A stretch of DNA of 64,000 nt from Dehalococcoidia bacterium (GTDB taxonomy: Bacteria; Chloroflexota; Dehalococcoidia; GIF9; AB-539-J10), in the NCBI GenBank assembly GCA_030612025.1, contig JAUWOR010000010.1, positions 1-64,000 of the forward strand, given 5' to 3'. The translations under genes were made by a program, and so were the position numbers. The number at the start of each line of letters is the position of its first letter. Within the stretch, counting starts at the first letter, position 1. The notes below the pieces were generated by a model. The model did not search any database and had not been told where the DNA came from. It worked only from the letters and a program-made list of their open reading frames with translations. Positions 57,793 to 64,000 of this stretch are shown here, piece after piece.

Positions 57793-58515
57793 TTAATTCT
57801 TTTGCCCGAACGGGCAGATATAAACGCACATACCACAGGCGCGCACACCAATAGTCTGCTCTTGGTCGCTAACATAGCGATCACATGCTTCAGCAGCAAA
57901 TATCTCGCTCCTTGGTCGGGGCCCATCAAAAGCCTGTCCGGTAAAAGCATGCACGGGACAAGCTTCCACGCATGCGCGGCAGTCCTTGCACATCTCATCC
58001 ATAGGCATTCCAGCTTCCAACGGAGCATCTGTGAGCACCGTACCCCACCTCACACGGGGGCCGTGTTTTGGTGTAATGAGCAAAGCACTCTTGCCAATCC
58101 AACCCAGTCCAGCTAAATGAGCTGCTAATTTGTGGGAGAACACACCAGCAAGTTCAGCTTTGCCCACTCTCTGAGACGACGGGATAATGAAAGCCTGAAA
58201 ACCAGCTTTATCTAGGGATTGAGCTAACATCAAAGAAATCGAGTCTATGCGAGGATTTACAGCTTGATGTGTGTGATACCGATAAGTATATAGGGCAGCA
58301 ACATTGTTATGAGAGCCCAGCGCATTTACAATGCTATCCATAAGAATGAAGCCATGGGAAACAGCTCGCGGAAACCGAGTTAGAAATTCTCCCCCCTGCT
58401 CTGAAATGCTCTGCCTGGCAGGAGTAAGGTCAGCTATGCCGAAGTAAGTTGCCCCCATGCTCTCAGCCAAAGATTCTAGCCTGCCTTTAAGATTTACCTT
58501 ATCCCTATCTCGCAC
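57793..58515 (-). CDS. 4Fe-4S double-cluster, epoxyqueuosine-reductase-like protein
   Basis: SHKLAA.LAGLG.IGK, CKDCRACVEACP, CGMC..ICP. Confidence 0.8.
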   Translation of the reverse strand: MRDRDKVNLKGRLESLAESMGATYFGIADLTPARQSISEQGGEFLTRFPRAVSHGFILMDSIVNALGSHNNVAALYTYRYHTHQAVNPRIDSISLMLAQSLDKAGFQAFIIPSSQRVGKAELAGVFSHKLAAHLAGLGWIGKSALLITPKHGPRVRWGTVLTDAPLEAGMPMDEMCKDCRACVEACPVHAFTGQAFDGPRPRSEIFAAEACDRYVSDQEQTIGVRACGMCVYICPFGQKN

Positions 58516-58611
58516 AGCTAACTCCTATCTATAAGTATAGCACAGCAAAGCTATCCAACCCAATTTACTCCCAGCCAATGCCCAAACTACTAACTCTGAG
58601 AGCATTTCTTT

Positions 58612-58666
58612 TGTCACCCTGAGCGATAGCGAAGGGTCTAGATTCTTCGCTTTGCTCAGAATGACA
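58612..58666. repeat. GTCA..CTGAGC..GAAG palindromic repeat
   Basis: TGTCACCCTGAGCGATAGCGAAG..CTTCGCTTTGCTCAGAATGACA hairpin. Confidence 0.75.
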
Positions 58667-58742
58667 GGAGGGGGGTTGCTAAATGAACTACTAAATCCAC
58701 TGATATTTGCTATAATCAAAGCAGCTACGCAGAAATGAAATT

Positions 58743-59231
58743 ATGAATGAAATAAAGTACAAGCCAATCGGAGTTATCCATTCTCCGTTCAAAGAACCCA
58801 AAGGAACACCTATACAGCCTGCGGGTGGCAAGGGTATCAATGGAACAGTTGAGGTATTCTCGGAATATACTGAAGGCTTAAAAGATGCTGAAGGCTTTTC
58901 TCACATTATTTTGATATACCACTTTCATTTATCCAAAGGATTTTCCTTAAAAGTAAAGCCGTATATGGATAACGAAGCGCATGGAGTCTTTGCCATGCGA
59001 GGTCCAAGTAGACCAAACCCAATTGGCATCTCGGTAGTGCGTCTTGTCAGGATTGAAGAGAATATACTCCATATTCAAGATGTAGACATCGTAGACGGAA
59101 CTCCCCTTCTGGATATCAAGCCTTATGTGCCAGAATTCGACATAAGAAAAGTAGAGAAAATAGGATGGCTGGAGAAAAACGTGCATAAACTTTCAACCTC
59201 AAAAGATGACGGAAGGTTCACGATATGTTAG
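58743..59231 (+). CDS. tsaA: tRNA m6t6A37 methyltransferase TsaA/TrmO
   Basis: GVFAMR.P.RPNPIG, DGTPLLDIKPY. Confidence 0.9.
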   Translation: MNEIKYKPIGVIHSPFKEPKGTPIQPAGGKGINGTVEVFSEYTEGLKDAEGFSHIILIYHFHLSKGFSLKVKPYMDNEAHGVFAMRGPSRPNPIGISVVRLVRIEENILHIQDVDIVDGTPLLDIKPYVPEFDIRKVEKIGWLEKNVHKLSTSKDDGRFTIC

Positions 59232-59265
59232 GCAATATCAGCATTATTTTAAGGAGGGTGCAAAC

Positions 59266-59838
59266 ATGGCTATGAAACCAGTGGTAATTAAGTTCTTCGC
59301 CCCTGTCATAGATGCTACAGTCAACGCTCTTATGAATGCTATTGACCAGAAAATGAAGCAAGGGATAAGAGATTTCATCATCCTTATCTCCTCACCTGGT
59401 GGCTCTGTTATTCACGGTTTGAGCACATACAATTATTTGAAGGGGTTGCCAGCCACGATAACTACACACAACTTCGGTAGCGTAGACTCAATAGGCATCG
59501 TCCTATATTGTGCCGGCTCAAGGAGGCTGTCAGTGCCCCAAGCGAGATTCTTGCTTCACGGTGTTAACGCCCAATTTAAGGGAAACCAGAACTTGGAAGA
59601 AAAGCAGCTAGAAGAAAGATTAAAGGGATTGAGGATTGATATCGAGAACATAGCGAAAGTAATTGCGGCAAACACGGGTAAAAGCGTAAAGGATGTGACG
59701 AATGCCATGCTTGAAAGGACAACTCTGAACCCAGAGGAAGCGCAATCCTGGGGTTTAGTGCATGAAATCAAGTCACAGCTATTTGAGGCGGGAAGCGAAG
59801 TGATCTCCATACAATTTCAGCAACCGCAAAAACCATGA
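59266..59838 (+). CDS. ClpP-like peptidase (atypical)
   Basis: SSPGG, VDS, LLHG, EEAQSWGLV. Confidence 0.8.
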   Translation: MAMKPVVIKFFAPVIDATVNALMNAIDQKMKQGIRDFIILISSPGGSVIHGLSTYNYLKGLPATITTHNFGSVDSIGIVLYCAGSRRLSVPQARFLLHGVNAQFKGNQNLEEKQLEERLKGLRIDIENIAKVIAANTGKSVKDVTNAMLERTTLNPEEAQSWGLVHEIKSQLFEAGSEVISIQFQQPQKP

Positions 59839-59889
59839 CATTGCCTATAAGCATGGTTAACCAAATATGGGGCTCATAAGGAGAAGGGT

Positions 59890-61065
59890 ATGGTAAAACA
59901 CATTTTTAGAGGGCTGGCTGCCATTTTTATAGTCACATTGTTAATGATATTCACTGTAGTGCCAGTTTTAGCATTTGATGCTCGCAGTGGAGCGACGGTG
60001 ACCGTCGCTAGTGGAGAGACAGTGGACGATGACCTTTATGTAGGCGCCAACACTGTTATCGTTGACGGCACCATTGCGGGCGACCTCTGGGCTGCCGGTA
60101 ACGCTATTATCGTCAATGGCACAGTTAAAGGCAGTGTCATGGCTGCTGGCAGGACAGTTAACATCAATGGCGATGTTGGTCACGCTGTGCGAGCAGGAGG
60201 CGAAACTATCATCATTAATGGCGATGTTAGCGGCGATGTAATAGTTGGTGGTAGCCAGGTGAATATAGCCAGTACAGCCAAAATTGGTGGTGACCTCCTT
60301 TTCGGCGCTGGAATTGCACGCATTGATGGACTTATTGAGGGTGACATCAAGGGTGGAGGAAGCGAGGTCACCATAAGCAACGGGGTAAAGGGAAACGTTG
60401 CTCTCAAAGTTGAGAGCCTGACAATATTGCCTACGGCAAATATCCAAGGCGACCTAACCTACACCTGTGAAGAAGAAGCTGACATCCAATCCGGTGCCCA
60501 AATTGGTGGCATGACCACTCATAACCTGCCCGAAGTAAAGGAAAAACGAGCTAAACCCTTCCCCTTCGTCCTTTTCTCTGGCATAGGAGGCAAGGTAACA
60601 GGCTTCATAATGGCTTTGATAGCAGGGCTAGTTATCATTCTCCTTGCCCCAAGACGATTGACATCTATCGCCGAGTCTATCCGCACCAGGCTCGGGGCCA
60701 GCGCCGGCTGGGGAGCTCTTATCCTGTTTGTTACTCCTATCGCCGCTATAATAGTGTGCATCACAATTATAGGTATACCCGTGGGGCTAATTGCTCTAGC
60801 TCTCTGGGGGATAGCTATTTACCTGGCCCAAATCCCTGTGGGCTTATTTGTCGGGCGGTGGATTATTGGCCACTTCAGGGGGGTGGAGGGCAAAGCCATC
60901 ATGGTCGGAGCCCTAGCTTTGGGACTTGTCATCCTTAGGCTCTTGAGGCTAATCCCCTACTTAGGCTTCTTCATTGGACTGGCTGTCATCCTCTTTGGCT
61001 TGGGAGCAGTAGTAGTCTCAGAAAGGGCGCGACGAGCCAGGGCCCGGGAGGCAGAGTCAACCTAG
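59890..61065 (+). CDS. Membrane protein with bactofilin-like beta-helix repeats and C-terminal multi-TM domain
   Basis: Repeats V.I.G.V.GD...AG; ITIIGIPVG, IPYLG. Confidence 0.75.
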   Translation: MVKHIFRGLAAIFIVTLLMIFTVVPVLAFDARSGATVTVASGETVDDDLYVGANTVIVDGTIAGDLWAAGNAIIVNGTVKGSVMAAGRTVNINGDVGHAVRAGGETIIINGDVSGDVIVGGSQVNIASTAKIGGDLLFGAGIARIDGLIEGDIKGGGSEVTISNGVKGNVALKVESLTILPTANIQGDLTYTCEEEADIQSGAQIGGMTTHNLPEVKEKRAKPFPFVLFSGIGGKVTGFIMALIAGLVIILLAPRRLTSIAESIRTRLGASAGWGALILFVTPIAAIIVCITIIGIPVGLIALALWGIAIYLAQIPVGLFVGRWIIGHFRGVEGKAIMVGALALGLVILRLLRLIPYLGFFIGLAVILFGLGAVVVSERARRARAREAEST

Positions 61066-61166
61066 TTACAATGGAAACTGAATGAAGAAATCGAAACTGG
61101 CAGTAGCTTATTCGGGTAGATAGAAGGTGACCACTTGGTTAGGATGGCCAGAATCCACACATCGCA

Positions 61167-61637
61167 ATGACCAAAAAGCTAAATAAACATCCACCACCAA
61201 ACATGGCTAACTTGATAGTTAAACCAGTTGAGACTTCACAAGAATTAAGTGACGCCCAGGAAGTAAGACGCCAAGTCTTTACCGAAGAACAAGGAATAAA
61301 ACGAGAGGTGGACATTAATGGGCTGGACCAGAATTCAGACCATATTATTGCCTATGATAAGAACGTTCCAGTTGGAACTGCCAGAATCAGGTACAAAAAT
61401 GGTATCCAGGCGAAGCTTGAGAGGATTGCTGTGTTAAAGCCCTATCGCGGCCAAGGAATCGGTAAAAGAATAATCGCAGCATCCCTGGGATTGGCTAAGA
61501 CAAAAGGGGCATTAGAAGTAATATTGGATTCGCAGCAGTACGCCGCCGGGTTTTATGAAAAGCTCGGCTTCCGACAAGAAGGAGAGCCATTTGAAGAAGT
61601 GGGAATTCCACATATAGCAATGACCAAAAAACTGTAA
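61167..61637 (+). CDS. GNAT acetyltransferase (ElaA-like)
   Basis: RRQVF.EEQ, RGQGIG, FYEKLGF, GIPH. Confidence 0.88.
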   Translation: MTKKLNKHPPPNMANLIVKPVETSQELSDAQEVRRQVFTEEQGIKREVDINGLDQNSDHIIAYDKNVPVGTARIRYKNGIQAKLERIAVLKPYRGQGIGKRIIAASLGLAKTKGALEVILDSQQYAAGFYEKLGFRQEGEPFEEVGIPHIAMTKKL

Positions 61638-61646
61638 AAAACAAGA

Positions 61647-62132
61647 ATGATTCGCAGTCTATCGCCCTCGGACTTCGACGCTATCCTAAAGGTCATAAAC
61701 GACGCCGCACAGGCTTACAAAGGTGTAATTCCGAGTGATAGGTGGAAGGAACCTTATATGTCAGCCGAGGAACTAAAAGAGGGAATTGAAGCTGGTGTTA
61801 GATTCTTCGGATGGATAGAAGATGACCGTTTGCTTGGAGTAGCAGGAATCCAACCTATTAAAGATACTACGCTGATCAGGCATACCTATGTAGCTACAAA
61901 ATGCCAGAGAAAAGGGATTGGCAGCAGGTTACTTGAACACCTGATAGGCTTAGCCGAGACTCCTGAAATCCTGGTGGGAACCTGGGCCGATGCCACCTGG
62001 GCAATCCAATTTTATGAGAAACACAGCTTCAAGCTAGTACCACTCGAGGAAAAGGATAGACTCCTGCGAACATATTGGAACATTCCTGACAGGCAGGTTG
62101 AAACCTCAGTCGTGCTAAAGTGTACCAAGTAA
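61647..62132 (+). CDS. GNAT acetyltransferase
   Basis: QRKGIGSRLL, FYEKHSF. Confidence 0.88.
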   Translation: MIRSLSPSDFDAILKVINDAAQAYKGVIPSDRWKEPYMSAEELKEGIEAGVRFFGWIEDDRLLGVAGIQPIKDTTLIRHTYVATKCQRKGIGSRLLEHLIGLAETPEILVGTWADATWAIQFYEKHSFKLVPLEEKDRLLRTYWNIPDRQVETSVVLKCTK

Positions 62133-62248
62133 ACTATAGCCTTGAGCTAACGTTGTCCAACACTGAGCAACCTGCCCGCTGCTTTCTCCTTTACCAAATG
62201 TGTCATGCCTTGTATAATCGCAGCAAGTTTACGAAAAGGAGTATAAAT

Positions 62249-63025
62249 ATGAGGATCGCAACTGGAACGGTTGGCTATCTTGGCTACAGCGATCCGAGTA
62301 AAAATGGGATGCTTCTCGCTCTCTATCGCCGTATATTGGATCGCAGTTCTCTCTACAGAGTAGACCTTGTCTGCCTCCCCGGAGGCTATCTACAGGTCAA
62401 AGACGATACCCAGAAGGATGAACTAGCTGCGATCTTAGTGGCTGAGGCAAAGAAACGGAACATCGCTGTGGCAGTCGGTATAGACCTTTCAGCCAAGAGG
62501 CAGCCGCCATGGGATCATAATTATGAGAACATCCTCATCCGACATTATTCTCTCCCTTTGTTTGCCATTTGCTGGACTCCTAAGCAGGACAATGTATCAA
62601 ATTGCTGGCGAGAGAGATCAACTAGGCACGATAACGCTTCTTTAGTCCCAGCCCATGCTCTTTCTGAAGAACGGCGTCTTCCAGTTCAGGATGGATGGGT
62701 TGAGATTCTAATGTGCGGTGAGATTTTCAATCAGAGCATCCGCAGCCATATTGTCCGACACAAGGAAAATTTGAATGCTGCCATCGTTCTTGGCCACGAA
62801 TCGCGGGGATTCCGTGTGTGGAATGGCATGAAGATACTATCAAAGGAAGGATTGATAACTCTTTGTTCCGTCCACACGGAAAGGAAGGGGGGCATGAAAT
62901 TCCGGTACGATCCTGGCGGCGTATGTCGGTCCACTCAAGATGCCGATATTGTACTTAATGCCGATCTGCCGGCTAAGTTGTCTAGGACTGAGCCAAGGGT
63001 TGAGTTGAAAATTTGGGATGTTTGA
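62249..63025 (+). CDS. Hypothetical protein, remote carbon-nitrogen hydrolase-like fold
   Basis: RBS AAGGAG; MRIA.., DLVCLPGG, ILMCGE. Confidence 0.5.
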   Translation: MRIATGTVGYLGYSDPSKNGMLLALYRRILDRSSLYRVDLVCLPGGYLQVKDDTQKDELAAILVAEAKKRNIAVAVGIDLSAKRQPPWDHNYENILIRHYSLPLFAICWTPKQDNVSNCWRERSTRHDNASLVPAHALSEERRLPVQDGWVEILMCGEIFNQSIRSHIVRHKENLNAAIVLGHESRGFRVWNGMKILSKEGLITLCSVHTERKGGMKFRYDPGGVCRSTQDADIVLNADLPAKLSRTEPRVELKIWDV

Positions 63026-63133
63026 GATCTACCTTCGTAGCAGCAATATGCCGAATTCTGTTGAAGAGCTCAGGAATGACGCGAGGATGGCCTTGCAGGA
63101 AGAGCAGCAGACTTCTGAGAAAGGAGCTGATAG

Positions 63134-63841
63134 ATGAAGCACAAGATCACTTACATCCTGGTTATCGCAAGCGTTTTAGGGATAGTTTGCGCTGCTTGCT
63201 ATGTGCCAGAGGAGCAGGTGGCACAGGCTCCTAAAGAAGCACCAGCACCACCGGTTGTGCTCGATTGCCAGGTATTTGAAGATAGCTTAGGGGGTGTTGC
63301 TATAGTTGGTCACGTTAAGAATGAAAGCGAGCTTACCTACAGCTGGGTTACGGTTGGTGTCAAGCTCTACAGCAAGCAGGGTGTTCTCATGGATAACCGA
63401 GGTGATAGTATATGTGCCTTAGCTCCTGGCGAAGTGTGGGAGTTCCACACAGGCAGCTTTCTTGACTTTGAGAAGCTTGGCAGATATGAAGTGTACATAA
63501 AAGACTTCGGTTGCAGCGAAGAGGAGCAGGTGACACAAGCTCCTACGAAAGCGCCAGCACCACCGGTTGTGCTCGATTGCCAGGTATTTGAAGATAGCTT
63601 AGGGGGTGTTGCTATAGTTGGTCACGTTAAGAATGAAAGCGAGCTTACCTACAGCTGGGTTACGGTTGGTGTCAAGCTCTACAACAAGCAGGGTGTTCTG
63701 ATCGATAACCGAGGTGATGGTATATGTGACTTAGCTCCTGGCGAAGTGTGGGAGTTCCACACAGGCAGCTTTCTTGACTTTGAGAAGCTTGACAGATATG
63801 AAGTGTACATAAAAGACTTCGGTTGCAACGAAATCGACTAG
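63134..63841 (+). CDS. Lipoprotein with two tandem FxLYD-type domains
   Basis: CAAC lipobox; G.VKN..V.V.VKLY..G..LAPGE.W.F twice, 312-bp period. Confidence 0.8.
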   Translation: MKHKITYILVIASVLGIVCAACYVPEEQVAQAPKEAPAPPVVLDCQVFEDSLGGVAIVGHVKNESELTYSWVTVGVKLYSKQGVLMDNRGDSICALAPGEVWEFHTGSFLDFEKLGRYEVYIKDFGCSEEEQVTQAPTKAPAPPVVLDCQVFEDSLGGVAIVGHVKNESELTYSWVTVGVKLYNKQGVLIDNRGDGICDLAPGEVWEFHTGSFLDFEKLDRYEVYIKDFGCNEID

Positions 63842-64000
63842 TTAGAACGAAGAACATTATACATACCCACGAGCTTAACCTCACCGCTTAACCATGGCTC
63901 TTTTCTACCAGTTGATGATTTTCCTTAGCTCCTTGGCTTGATTCCGAGTTAAGTCTACCTCAGCACTAGATTTATAGATAGAATAGGAGGTATTCACATG

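Noticed and set aside
57793-58515. Possible reductive dehalogenase
   Set aside because: Only 240 aa, no Tat signal, no rdhB-like anchor gene; fits the QueG-like Fe-S family
63905-64000. Possible 3' end of a minus-strand CDS at the window edge
   Set aside because: Only ~31 codons visible, with no identifiable motif

Overview
Bacterial genomic window. Gene content and protein style suggest Chloroflexota/Dehalococcoidia (inference). The left ~31 kb is an accessory cell-surface region and the right ~33 kb is mostly housekeeping (prfB, nfi, rpsP, dgt-dnaG-rpoD, pheA, trkAH, recO-recR-dnaX, gap, eno, pth, ligA). The best candidate for an undescribed system is a cellulosome-like PROTEOLYTIC surface complex. 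It comprises a lipoprotein scaffoldin with two cohesins, a dockerin-tagged subtilase, a free-standing lipoprotein copy of that subtilase's propeptide, a second multi-cohesin protein, and a giant (frameshifted) subtilase ending in cohesin+dockerin. No glycoside hydrolases were recognised, but a peptide-binding protein and a metallopeptidase lie nearby. Next to it is a Cys-rich S-layer-like protein / Ig-repeat protein / CetZ-like tubulin cluster. Intergenic DNA is full of palindromic repeats: a RAYT transposase with a REP array, several REP families, and MITE-like elements with TIRs and apparent TSDs that carry REPs. Three repeats have entered coding sequences in frame. Two small islets are flanked by decayed duplicates of host gene ends (pth 5', ligA 3'). 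No rRNA, tRNA or CRISPR array was recognised. All calls come from motif reading by eye; no searches were run.
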